Of a stretch of 64,000 bases of DNA, positions 18,467-27,841 are shown in pieces. The notes beneath the pieces are model-generated. The model was not told where the DNA came from. It did not search any database and saw nothing but the letters and a program-made list of their open reading frames with translations. A program made the position numbers and the translations under genes. How positions within the stretch are numbered: the first letter of the stretch is position 1; the number at the start of each line of letters is the position of its first letter. The stretch is from Chloroflexota bacterium (lineage in GTDB: Bacteria; Chloroflexota; UBA11872; VXOZ01): contig OZ244803.1 in assembly GCA_965220045.1 (NCBI GenBank), positions 1,136,196-1,200,195 of the forward strand, in the 5' to 3' direction.

Positions 18467-19762
18467 TTAGGTAGCGATAGCGGCGGTTGCGCCGGCAGCG
18501 CGCGCCAGGTTACCGCTTTCGCGGACGCGGCGTAGGTCGTGCAAGGTGTCTTCGATTGCGTCAACTGCTTGCGCTACATCCTCTGCCGTGTGCGAGTACG
18601 TGATGAAGTTCACGCCGCCGCGCCGAATGAGCACGCCGCGCTGGGCCAGACCGGCGAGGAGGAACTGCCACATGAGGCCCTCTTCTTCAGCGTCTGCCGC
18701 GTCGAGGAAGCGCTCGCCTCCGATAGGCGCAAGGCCATAGGCTTCCAGCGCTACTCCCGCACGCTGCGCCGCGCCGTTTATCCCGTCCCTCAGTTGCTCG
18801 CCCGTCTGATGGAGTTGTGCCTGCACGTTGCGCTCGCGCATGACGTTCATCGTCGCTACCGCGGCAGCGAGCGAGAGGGCCTCACCGCCGTACGTGATGC
18901 TGATGACGAGGTCTTCCGCAGCTTGCATCACCTCTTTGCTACCGACGACAGCCGCCAATGGCATGCCGTTCGCCATGGCTTTGGCAAAGGTGGCCAAGTC
19001 CGGTGTCACGCCGTAGTACTCCTGCGCTCCGCCCATGGCCAGGCGAAAACCGGTGACGATTTCGTCGTAGATGACGAGCGCCCCATTCCGATGCGCAATA
19101 TCATTCAGCCCTTGGAGGTAGCCAGGCTCCGGCTCTTTGCCCTTGGATGCCGCATCCAGTGCAACGGCGGCAACCTGGTTGTCGTGCGTCCGAAAGAGGT
19201 CTTCAAGGTGATTGAGATCGTTGAATGTGAATTGCTCGATGCTCTGTTCTAGCGCCGATGGTATGCCACCGTCGTTGCGGCTCGCACTCCACCCATCCGA
19301 CCAGCCGCGATAGCCGTTGTTAAAGATTATCTCGCGCTGGGTGTAGGCGCGTGCGATGCGCGCGGCGGCATTGTTCGCTTCGGCGCCGCCCTTGAGAAAG
19401 CGGACCATCTCGGCGGCGGGTACGGCGTCGATGAGGCTATCGGCTGCTGCTACCTCAAGCGGTGATAGCAAACCATAGATGATGCCCTTGCCAAGTTGCT
19501 CGGCAATGGCCGCATCCACGGCCGGGTAGCAATAGCCGAGAACGATTGGACCGAGGGCGTTCACAAAGTCGATGTACTCGTTTCCATCAATATCCCAGAT
19601 GTGCGAGCCGTTCGCGCGTGCGGCGTAAATGGGATAGGATCCGAATGCGTAGGCGCCGGGCCGCTTGCTACTGGTCTGAGAACCTCCGGCAATAACGTCT
19701 CGGGCGTGTGCAAAGAGATCTAACGACTCAGTGAATTGTACGACCGTTTGTTGCGCCATCAC
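18467..19762 (-). CDS. Class III PLP aminotransferase (GSA-aminomutase-like, probably not HemL)
   Basis: DIDGNEYIDF, DEIVTGFR, PDLATFAKAMANG; lacks typical HemL GTEA/YHG motifs. Confidence 0.85.
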   Translation of the reverse strand: MMAQQTVVQFTESLDLFAHARDVIAGGSQTSSKRPGAYAFGSYPIYAARANGSHIWDIDGNEYIDFVNALGPIVLGYCYPAVDAAIAEQLGKGIIYGLLSPLEVAAADSLIDAVPAAEMVRFLKGGAEANNAAARIARAYTQREIIFNNGYRGWSDGWSASRNDGGIPSALEQSIEQFTFNDLNHLEDLFRTHDNQVAAVALDAASKGKEPEPGYLQGLNDIAHRNGALVIYDEIVTGFRLAMGGAQEYYGVTPDLATFAKAMANGMPLAAVVGSKEVMQAAEDLVISITYGGEALSLAAAVATMNVMRERNVQAQLHQTGEQLRDGINGAAQRAGVALEAYGLAPIGGERFLDAADAEEEGLMWQFLLAGLAQRGVLIRRGGVNFITYSHTAEDVAQAVDAIEDTLHDLRRVRESGNLARAAGATAAIAT

Positions 19763-19765
19763 CGA

Positions 19766-20701
19766 TTACTCCTTGTTCGCGTCTTGTACGGCTGCCGCTG
19801 ATTCATGCGGACTGCCATTCGCTACCCAGTATCCGTGTTCCGCCAATTTGCCGTATGTTTCAGGTCGGCGGTGCTCCCACATGTTCTCCCGGAAGTTCGA
19901 CTCGCCTGAATTCCCCATGCTGCGCACTATGCGGGGACGGTCCAGGTCAATTTCGGCCACTGCCATGCCCCAGTAGCGTCCCAAGTCTGCCAGAGATACG
20001 CCGTCAGGTCCGATAACGCTGCTCCGGTTGAGGCACATGCCCGGCATCCACGGCGCTTCATTGTCGATGCCGTTGTTGACGGGACACACGTACACGCAAT
20101 TGTCGATGGCCCGCGACTGAATGACCGCTTCCCAGCCCACCTCGCCGTACATACTGTAGACCGTGGGATGAAAGATGATCTCGGCGCCCTGCAAAGCGAG
20201 AATGCGAAAGCCCTCCGGAAAATTCACGTCGTAGCAGATCGTAATGCCAATCCTGCCAAAGTCCAGTTCGAATACCGGCCAATCATGCCCGGGGATTATC
20301 CCCCATTCTTGGCTCTCTACTTTCGTCAGGTGTACTTTGCGGTAGCCGCCAACGTAGCGGCCGGAGCGGTCGAATACCATTGCCAAGTTGCGCCGTATGC
20401 CTTGCTCATTGGCAAGAATTGGGGCTATGACGTTGATGCCATGCCGCGCGGCCACCTGGGACATGCGCGTGTAGGTCGGGCCGCCGGGAACGTCTTCGAA
20501 CCACGCGTCGGCCTTGCCGGCGCGACTGATGCCCTTCACGTGAAAAACCTCAGGAAGACAGGCAATATCCGCGTTCTGTTCCGCGGCGCGGACGATCAAC
20601 TCTTCTGCAACGGTTAGGTTGTACGCATGCTTCTCACTGTCAGTGCCATCCGGCACGCGGAGCGGCGTAGAGCAAACTGCCACTCGCACCGTTCGCGCCA
20701 T
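19766..20701 (-). CDS. Carbon-nitrogen hydrolase (nitrilase superfamily)
   Basis: LPE, YRKVH, ICYD catalytic E-K-C triad; RAIDN; RRPETY. Confidence 0.92.
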   Translation of the reverse strand: MARTVRVAVCSTPLRVPDGTDSEKHAYNLTVAEELIVRAAEQNADIACLPEVFHVKGISRAGKADAWFEDVPGGPTYTRMSQVAARHGINVIAPILANEQGIRRNLAMVFDRSGRYVGGYRKVHLTKVESQEWGIIPGHDWPVFELDFGRIGITICYDVNFPEGFRILALQGAEIIFHPTVYSMYGEVGWEAVIQSRAIDNCVYVCPVNNGIDNEAPWMPGMCLNRSSVIGPDGVSLADLGRYWGMAVAEIDLDRPRIVRSMGNSGESNFRENMWEHRRPETYGKLAEHGYWVANGSPHESAAAVQDANKE

Positions 20702-20894
20702 TGGGACCTCCCTCGTATCCGCTTACGCACTCATCTACAGTACTAAAGAGGACGCCGCTTGTCACCTTCCGTGCCGGTTGGCTTGACCTCGCGGGTCTGC
20801 TTGACGGCTGGCGGGCGGTTTGTCACCATCGATCTGTTTCCAAGGCTGCGTTGTAACAGGAATGAACTGTACATAAACACTTAGGTACCGGCAC

Positions 20895-22130
20895 TTGCTG
20901 AATAGAAACTCCTCCCTGCGCGAGGTCATTTCCTACTTTTTCGTCCTTGGCTGTGTAGCGTTTGGCGGTCCGGCCGCCCACGTGGCCATGATGCACAGGG
21001 AGTTGGTGGAGCGTAAGCAGTGGCTCAGCGAACAGCAGTTCGTCGACCTGTGGGCGGCCACGAACCTCATTCCCGGCCCCAACTCCACCGAAATGGCGAT
21101 TCACATCTCAACGGTGCGGGCCGGCTGGCGGGGTCTTATCGGGGGTGGTATCGCCTTCATCCTGCCCGCGGCGCTCATGGTGACCGCGCTCGCATGGGGC
21201 TATACGCAGTTCGGACATCTGCCCCAGGCTGGTTGGATACTCTATGGGGTCAAGCCGGTTGTCATCGCGATCGTCGTGCACGCGCTGCTTGGCTTGCTGC
21301 GTACCGCCTGGCGCAGCGTCCCGCTCGCGGTGTTGGGACTGGCGGCGGCGGTCATAGCTGTGGTGGGTGTCAATGAGTTGCTGGTCTTGTTTGGGTGTGG
21401 GCTGCTGGCGGGAGTCGTCGTGGCTGCAAAGGGACAATTGCCCAAGTTACCGGCCAAGACAAACTTCGCGGCAGTGCCGCTCGCTGCACTTGGCACGGCT
21501 TCGCCCGTTGCCAAGCCGTTGCTTGGATTCGCGGGCACGCTGTTGGCGCCGCTCGCCGCGCCGTTCGGATTGGGCCAGCTCTTCTTTACGTTTCTCAAGA
21601 TTGGTGCGGTCCTATACGGCAGCGGCTACGTGCTTTTGGCGTTTTTGCACGGCGACTTTGTCGAGGGCCTCGGGTGGCTCACGGAAGACCAGCTACTCGA
21701 TGCCGTTGCCGTGGGTCAACTGACACCCGGTCCGCTCTTTACTACGGCTTCGTTTGTGGGCTACATAACTGGCTTCGAGCACTTCGGCACCACGCAGGGA
21801 GCCCTGCTGGCGAGTGCACTGGCAACGGTAGGCATATTCCTACCGTCATTTCTCTTCGTCGCTGCCATTAATCCCTGGATTCCGAAACTACGCGACTCGC
21901 AGTTCTTTGGCGCCGTGCTCGACGGAGTTGTGAGCGCAGCCATCGGGCTGATGGGAGCCGTGGCGCTTTTCCTGGGACAGGCGGCACTCATAGACATTCC
22001 CACAGTTGCCGCCGCGGGGATCGCCATTGCGCTGCTGTGGTTTACGAAGGTCAACTCAATCTGGCTGATTGTAGGCGGGGCGGTGTTCGGTGTCGCCGTG
22101 CAATTGGCTCTGCCCTATGTGATGCCGTAG
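20895..22130 (+). CDS. chrA: Chromate efflux transporter (long-chain CHR)
   Basis: AFGGPAAH, IPGPNSTE, YGSGYVL, QLTPGP. Confidence 0.92.
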   Translation: MLNRNSSLREVISYFFVLGCVAFGGPAAHVAMMHRELVERKQWLSEQQFVDLWAATNLIPGPNSTEMAIHISTVRAGWRGLIGGGIAFILPAALMVTALAWGYTQFGHLPQAGWILYGVKPVVIAIVVHALLGLLRTAWRSVPLAVLGLAAAVIAVVGVNELLVLFGCGLLAGVVVAAKGQLPKLPAKTNFAAVPLAALGTASPVAKPLLGFAGTLLAPLAAPFGLGQLFFTFLKIGAVLYGSGYVLLAFLHGDFVEGLGWLTEDQLLDAVAVGQLTPGPLFTTASFVGYITGFEHFGTTQGALLASALATVGIFLPSFLFVAAINPWIPKLRDSQFFGAVLDGVVSAAIGLMGAVALFLGQAALIDIPTVAAAGIAIALLWFTKVNSIWLIVGGAVFGVAVQLALPYVMP

Positions 22131-22208
22131 GCGACCGCTTCTCGCGTGCGTGCATTGCCGGAGTGGTAGAATAGTGTCAAGCCAGCAGTCAACAAGGAGT
22201 AAACAACC

Positions 22209-22976
22209 ATGCAGCAGGTTATACTCGGAAGCTCCGGCATAGAAGTCTCCCGGTTGTGCATCGGCACGGGTACGGTCGGATGGAACGGGTCATCGAATCA
22301 GACCCGGCAGCTTGGCACTGAAGGCCTGATCGACCTCCTCTGCTATGCGTACGACTCCGGTGTGCGTTTTTGGGATACCGCCGATCAGTATGGCTCTCAT
22401 CCCCACGTGCGCGGGGCCCTGCGGGCGCTCCCGCGCGATCAGGTCGTCATCACGACAAAGACGACGTCGCGCACGCCGGATGGCATTCGGGCGGATGTGG
22501 ATCGCTTTCTGCAGGAACTTGGCACCGACTATGCCGATATCGTACTCTTGCACTGCCTCACCGAGCACGACTGGACAACGCGCTACCAGGACTGCATGGA
22601 AGCGCTGACGGCGTGCAAAGACGAGGGCAAGATTCGCGCTGTGGGCGTTTCCTGCCATGACTTCGAGGCTTTCAAGCTGGCTGCGGTTTCGCCCTGGGTG
22701 GAGGTGGTGCTGGCGCGTATCAATTACGCCGGCGTATTGATGGACGCCTCGCCTGAGGAGGTCATCCCCGTGATGGACGAAATGGCCGCCCGGGGCAAGG
22801 GCATCTATGGGATGAAAGTCTACGGCGCAGGCAAGCTGCTCGACGATCGCCGCAAGGCGCTCGAATATGTGCTCGATCTCCCGAGCGTCGCTGCCATTGT
22901 GTTGGGCATGGAGAACAAGGCTGAAGTTGACGAAAACGTCGAGTTGATGGAATCGTTGGTTGGCGTTCCCGTCTAG
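22209..22976 (+). CDS. Aldo/keto reductase
   Basis: DTADQYG, ITTK, LLH, GKIRAVGVS; AAGGAG SD. Confidence 0.9.
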   Translation: MQQVILGSSGIEVSRLCIGTGTVGWNGSSNQTRQLGTEGLIDLLCYAYDSGVRFWDTADQYGSHPHVRGALRALPRDQVVITTKTTSRTPDGIRADVDRFLQELGTDYADIVLLHCLTEHDWTTRYQDCMEALTACKDEGKIRAVGVSCHDFEAFKLAAVSPWVEVVLARINYAGVLMDASPEEVIPVMDEMAARGKGIYGMKVYGAGKLLDDRRKALEYVLDLPSVAAIVLGMENKAEVDENVELMESLVGVPV

Positions 22977-23039
22977 TCTTCCGCGTCAGCAGGAATTACC
23001 AGAGATCGTCTCATAGATTCATTGCTCAGTGCAGATCCG

Positions 23040-23114
23040 CCCTTCGACTAGCCCGTACTGAGCTTGCCGCAATGCTCAGGGTGAACGGAAAAGCGATTGA
23101 TCCATTCGCGCTGA
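23040..23114. repeat. Degenerate REP-like element between convergent genes
   Basis: cccttcgac…ctgagcttgccgcaatgctcagggtgaacgg; CTGAGC/GCTCAG stem resembling CTTCGACnnGCTCAGG-type REPs. Confidence 0.45.
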
Positions 23115-23171
23115 ATGAGTTGCGCACAGCCGTCGGCACGAACCGTTTACCTGGGCATTGCAAGCGTGCTC

Positions 23172-24446
23172 TCAAGGAGTTCGTCCTGCAGCGCGCAAGC
23201 GCTCAAGCGTTTGCATGAGGTCGGACGCCGCGACGCTTTCCTGCGTGCTGGACCCCAGATCCCGCAGCAAGACCTGGCCTTCCGCAAGCTCGTCGTCCCC
23301 AACGATCACGGCAAAGTTAGCCTGATGATTGCCGGCCTGGCGGAGTTGCGCTTTGAGACTGCGCGGCCGGTACGTCATCAGGGCGCGCATGCCGCGCTGT
23401 CGTAGGTCATTCACCAAGCGTGTGCCGTATGTCGCAGCGCGCTCGCCGAGAGTTGCCACGAACACGCTAAAAGGCTGGGATTCGTTGGGAGCGACGCCTT
23501 GCCGTTGCAGGTTGAGAATGATTCGCTCGATGCCCGTGCCGAAGCCAATCCCCGGCAGGTCGCGCTTCCCAATCTGCCCTGCCAGGCCGTCGTAGCGGCC
23601 CCCGCCGCCCAACGCGCTCTGCCGCCCCACTGCCTGCGGCCAGACCTCGAATACGGTGCGCGTGTAGTAGTCCAGACCCCGCACCAGCGTGTGGTTCAAC
23701 GCATACTTGATGCCCATGGCTTCTAACGCATGCTTCAATACGCCAAAGTGCGCCTTGCAGTCGGCGCAGAGATTGTCCAGCGTGTGGGGCGCATCCGCGA
23801 TGAAAGGTTGGCACGAATTTTCTTTGCAGTCCAGGAGGCGGAGTGGGTTGCGTTCCAAGCGTGTCTGGCAGTTGGCGCACAGAGACTCTACGTGGGATCT
23901 GTAATATGACTTCAGTTCTGCGATGTATTGCGGACGGCAAGCCGCATCGCCTATGCTGTTGAGTTGCAGAGAAACCTCCGTGAGCCCAACGCTGCGATAG
24001 AGATGCAAGAGGAGGCTAATCACTTCGGCATCGATGGCGGCGGACTCTTCGCCGAGCGCTTCCACGCCGAACTGATGGTGCTGGCGCAAGCGCCCCGCCT
24101 GGGGCCGGTCGTAGCGAAAGATCGAAGCGACATAGCTGAGCTTCACCGGCTGGGGCAGCCGATGCATGCCGTGCTCTAGATAGGCGCGGACCACCGGCGC
24201 CGTCCCTTCCGGTCGCAGCGTGAGGCTGTCACCGCCGCGATCGGAAAACGTGTACATTTCCTTCTCAACGATGTCCGTGCCTTCTCCCACCGTGCGTTGA
24301 AAGAGACGCGTATCCTCAAACACGGGTGTACGGATTTCGCCGTAGCCGTAGGATTCGCAGATGGCCTTGAAGTGAGCGGTTACATAGCTCCAATACGCTT
24401 GATCATTGGGTAGAATGTCGGCGGTGCCTCGAGGAGTCTGCAGCAC
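23172..24446 (-). CDS. hisS: Histidine--tRNA ligase
   Basis: PRGTAD, TDIVEKEMY, LRPEGTA, RGLDYY, GGGRYD, GIERI. Confidence 0.97.
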   Translation of the reverse strand: MLQTPRGTADILPNDQAYWSYVTAHFKAICESYGYGEIRTPVFEDTRLFQRTVGEGTDIVEKEMYTFSDRGGDSLTLRPEGTAPVVRAYLEHGMHRLPQPVKLSYVASIFRYDRPQAGRLRQHHQFGVEALGEESAAIDAEVISLLLHLYRSVGLTEVSLQLNSIGDAACRPQYIAELKSYYRSHVESLCANCQTRLERNPLRLLDCKENSCQPFIADAPHTLDNLCADCKAHFGVLKHALEAMGIKYALNHTLVRGLDYYTRTVFEVWPQAVGRQSALGGGGRYDGLAGQIGKRDLPGIGFGTGIERIILNLQRQGVAPNESQPFSVFVATLGERAATYGTRLVNDLRQRGMRALMTYRPRSLKAQLRQAGNHQANFAVIVGDDELAEGQVLLRDLGSSTQESVAASDLMQTLERLRAAGRTP

Positions 24447-24449
24447 GTC

Positions 24450-24764
24450 TTACTCTCCTGTCTGAAGTGCATTGAGGGAGCGCGTTACGCGAGCGGCCGT
24501 GAGTCCCCTGATCGCAATTCGCTTGCGTCGTGCCGCAGCGCCACGCCGCACCATTACGGCGGCCCTGGGTACGCCGAGGACACGGGCAAGAAACGCTATC
24601 AACTCCGCATTGGCCTTGCCATCCACCGGTGGCGCCTGTAAACGCACGCAGAGTGCGCCGTCGTGCGTGCCGGCAAGTTCAGTATGCCGCGCTCGCGGTC
24701 TCGCTAGGACTGTCAACTCGCAGCCGTCTGTGGAATCTCTGACGTCAAACGCCGGCCGCGACAT
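24450..24764 (-). CDS. DUF167/YggU family protein
   Basis: APPVDGKAN motif. Confidence 0.88.
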   Translation of the reverse strand: MSRPAFDVRDSTDGCELTVLARPRARHTELAGTHDGALCVRLQAPPVDGKANAELIAFLARVLGVPRAAVMVRRGAAARRKRIAIRGLTAARVTRSLNALQTGE

Positions 24765-24767
24765 GCG

Positions 24768-25028
24768 CTAACCGCAAATCAGCGAGAGCAAGAATGTCCG
24801 AAGGAGCTGTAGCAGAATGAGCGCGACCAATGGGGAAAAGTCGATCATGCCGGCACTTGGCATGTAGCGCCGGATGGGGCCAACAATCGGCTCCGTTATG
24901 TCGTTTAGCATAGCGATGATGGGGTTGCCCGGGTCCTGCACAAACCATGAAGCCAAGGCACGAGCAATGATAGCGAAGATCAACGCTAGCGTGAGAAAGT
25001 GAACAAACGTACAAATTATCGCGTTCAT
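24768..25028 (-). CDS. yggT: YggT family membrane protein
   Basis: LASW…ITEPIVGPIRR…IDFSPLVA. Confidence 0.9.
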   Translation of the reverse strand: MNAIICTFVHFLTLALIFAIIARALASWFVQDPGNPIIAMLNDITEPIVGPIRRYMPSAGMIDFSPLVALILLQLLRTFLLSLICG

Positions 25029-25045
25029 GTGCTATTCATTTTCGC

Positions 25046-25774
25046 CTAGGTACTTGGTAGTGCTGCCATTGATGCGCTTGCGCGCTCGGGAGGTGGGCGC
25101 TCGCCAAATAGGGCTCTCCCCACCCTTACAATGGTAGCACCCTCCTCTATCGCAATTGCATAGTCGTTGGTCATACCCATGGAGAGTTCCCGGCACGGGT
25201 GATCGGGCAGCATTGACTGCAACTTATCGCGCAACTCTCTCAGGGCGCGGAATTCTCCACGGAGTGTCGCTTCATCATCGGTGAACGACGCAATTGTCAT
25301 CAGTCCGTCTATCCGAAGATTGGTGAGCGTCCCAACGCTTTGGACTATCGTAGACAACTCGGACGGTTCGAAGCCGAATTGGCTGGCCTTTCCCGTAACA
25401 TTGACTTGCAGCAGTACCGGCAAGAGCCGGTCTTGTTCAGCCGCATGCCGCGCAAGGGCCGCGGCCAGTCGCAGGCTGTCGACTGACTGCACGCAGTCGA
25501 AGAGCCCCACAGCGTGCTTGGCTTTGTTTGACTGCACGTGCCCGATCATGTGCCACGCGAAGGATTTGGGCAGCATCGGGATCTTATCGGCCGCTTCCTG
25601 GACGCGGTTCTCACCGAATGTCCTGAGTCCGGCAGCGGCGCCCTCCTCAACGGTGTCCTTGCCAAAGGTTTTGGTGACGGCAACGAGCGTAATCTCGGAT
25701 GGGTCTCTACCCACACGTGCAGTAGCCTGTGAAATCCGTGACTGTACGCGCGCGACGTTTTCTGCAATGCTCAT
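25046..25774 (-). CDS. yggS: PLP homeostasis protein YggS/PROSC
   Basis: LVAVTKT, FGENRVQE, WHMIGHVQSNK, LSMGMT-DY, VRVGRALFG. Confidence 0.95.
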   Translation of the reverse strand: MSIAENVARVQSRISQATARVGRDPSEITLVAVTKTFGKDTVEEGAAAGLRTFGENRVQEAADKIPMLPKSFAWHMIGHVQSNKAKHAVGLFDCVQSVDSLRLAAALARHAAEQDRLLPVLLQVNVTGKASQFGFEPSELSTIVQSVGTLTNLRIDGLMTIASFTDDEATLRGEFRALRELRDKLQSMLPDHPCRELSMGMTNDYAIAIEEGATIVRVGRALFGERPPPERASASMAALPST

Positions 25775-25936
25775 GAGCGTGATCGTCTGTAGATTCGCTA
25801 ATCGAGAGTCCAGCTTAGGCCACTTTCGTCAACTCTACTGTAGCAAATCCCCGGCCAGCGTGCATGCCGATAGTTCCGGCCGCGTAGGTGGAGCCCGCGC
25901 AAGCAATCTACCGTAGTCAAAGTACACCACCTCCAG

Positions 25937-26061
25937 TATAATTGATGGTGAGAAACCGTTAGCGCCTTAAGGCACGGTACGGTTTCGCTAACGTGAATGG
26001 TGACATATGGACTTTGAAAAACTAAACAAGAAACTATTAAACCTTTAGCGAAACGAGGAGA
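25937..26061 (+). promoter_or_regulatory. -10 box and structured 5' leader of htpX
   Basis: TATAAT 25937-25942; mutually exclusive helices in the leader; GAGGAG SD at 26055-26060. Confidence 0.5.
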
Positions 26062-26970
26062 ATGTTAATGCAGCGCAAATGGATAGGCGATGGTGGACTG
26101 CAGGTACGCATGTTCATCACGATTTTTCTTCTCGGCGCAGTGTACGTCTTCTTCTTGGCCGCTCTGTGGTCGCTGGGCGCGGGCGCCATGACAATGCTGG
26201 TATTCGCGGGCGCCCTGATGGCCGCGCAGTACTTCTTCAGCGACAAAATGATTCTGTGGTCCATGGGTGCCAAAGAGGTCACGCCGGAGCAAGCGCCCGA
26301 TTTGCATGCCATGATAGAGCGTCTCGCGGCGATGGCTGATATGCCAAAGCCGCGGGTTGCCATGGTCGAGCATTCCATGGCAAACGCCTTTGCCACCGGC
26401 AGGGACCCCAAGCACGCGGTCGTGGCGGTGACAACCGGGCTGATCCATCAACTGAATCGCGACGAGTTGGAGGCGGTGCTGGCCCACGAACTCAGCCACG
26501 TAAAAAACCGTGACGTAATGGTCATTACGTTGGCGAGTTTCTTTTCTACGCTGGCATTCATGATCATGCGCTTTGGGATGTATATGGGCCTGTTTGGCGG
26601 CTTTGGCGGCAGGGGCCGGGACAGTTCAGGCAATGCCATAATTCTGGTGTACTTCGTGGCGCTCCTGGTTTGGATCGTCAGCTTCCTCTTGATTCGGGCG
26701 CTATCCAGATACCGCGAGTATGCCGCCGACCGCGGCTCCGCGGCTCTGACGGGGTCGCCATCCCATCTGTCGTCCGCCCTGCTGAAAATCAGCGGCCGGA
26801 TGCAACGCATACCGAAGGATGACTTGCGCCAGGTGGAAGGCGCCAACGCGTTCTTCATCATGCCCGCCGTGAGCAAGAGTTCGTTGATGGAACTCATTTC
26901 GACCCACCCCTCGCTGGAAAATCGTCTCAAGCGTCTCGCCGCGCTCGAGCAGCAGTTGGAGCGAGCGTAG
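26062..26970 (+). CDS. htpX: Zinc metalloprotease HtpX (M48)
   Basis: NAFATG, AVLAHELSH, SRYREYAAD, STHP. Confidence 0.95.
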   Translation: MLMQRKWIGDGGLQVRMFITIFLLGAVYVFFLAALWSLGAGAMTMLVFAGALMAAQYFFSDKMILWSMGAKEVTPEQAPDLHAMIERLAAMADMPKPRVAMVEHSMANAFATGRDPKHAVVAVTTGLIHQLNRDELEAVLAHELSHVKNRDVMVITLASFFSTLAFMIMRFGMYMGLFGGFGGRGRDSSGNAIILVYFVALLVWIVSFLLIRALSRYREYAADRGSAALTGSPSHLSSALLKISGRMQRIPKDDLRQVEGANAFFIMPAVSKSSLMELISTHPSLENRLKRLAALEQQLERA

Positions 26971-27539
26971 TGAAGTTCCTGGACGCGCTGCTGGGCCGCA
27001 GCCGGCCGGTGCGCTCCCATCTGGAAAGCTTGATGAGCATATCCACGGCTGCGTTTGCCTTTGCCGCCAGCAATGGGTTGCAGAGTACGGGTAACGCCGG
27101 AATCTGCTTCCGTTCGCTATCGTCCAGCCAGTTCGCAAGTCTGAAGCAGGAACTTGCTGACTTGTTGGAAGTGAGCGGCAAGGAAACGGGCACGGAGACT
27201 TTGATAAAGGAAGATTCTTTCGGCTTTCACTGGGTGGTGCTCGAAGACCCCGACTTCGAAGACCTGGTGACGACCATCCACATGGTCAGTCTTACCCTTT
27301 CCGAACACGGCTACCGCGACCAGCTCCTCGCCGCGGCCTTCAATTTCGAAGACATGGAGGGTACGGGGATGTACTGGATCTACAACTACAAGCGTGGATG
27401 CTTCTATCCGTTTGCCCCGACGGGCTCGCGGACCCGCGATAATGCCTTGGAACTGCGGATGCAAGCCGTGGCCGATCGCGAACTGCCCTTGGAGGCTGAC
27501 CAGTCCAAGTGGTATGCGCTCTGGGAACTGCCGGTCTAG
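26970..27539 (+). CDS. PspAB family protein (HtpX-associated)
   Basis: DSFGFHWVVL, DLVTTIH, YNYKRG-FYPF, RDNALEL, WYALWELP; coupled to htpX. Confidence 0.75.
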   Translation: MKFLDALLGRSRPVRSHLESLMSISTAAFAFAASNGLQSTGNAGICFRSLSSSQFASLKQELADLLEVSGKETGTETLIKEDSFGFHWVVLEDPDFEDLVTTIHMVSLTLSEHGYRDQLLAAAFNFEDMEGTGMYWIYNYKRGCFYPFAPTGSRTRDNALELRMQAVADRELPLEADQSKWYALWELPV

Positions 27540-27737
27540 CCAGCACGAAAGCGTCAAGCAGAGCGCGGCACAGTATACAAGGCTGCGTGGTACCTGAGCG
27601 GTCTGCGCCACAGGCCGGGTTGCAGGAGGCAGTCCGGCGACTCTCTAAAGAAGCTCTGCCGGGAATACTGCTCTGCACGTCTGAGACAGATCACGATCCG
27701 TATCGGCGCCAACTCCGATGTAGGATCACGAAACGCC

Positions 27738-27775
27738 AAGAGAGGAGTCAGCGCATATGCGCTGACTCCTCTCTT
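27738..27775. terminator. 38-bp perfect palindrome between convergent genes
   Basis: AAGAGAGGAGTCAGCGCAT|ATGCGCTGACTCCTCTCTT. Confidence 0.75.
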
Positions 27776-27841
27776 CGTGCTCTGTCCGTTCTCTGCGCGA
27801 TGGCTCATTGGGGCCATCTTTGGCGTAGGTGGCGGGTAGTC

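Noticed and set aside
18467-19762. Calling the aminotransferase hemL
   Set aside because: HemL-typical motifs differ and there is no tetrapyrrole context.
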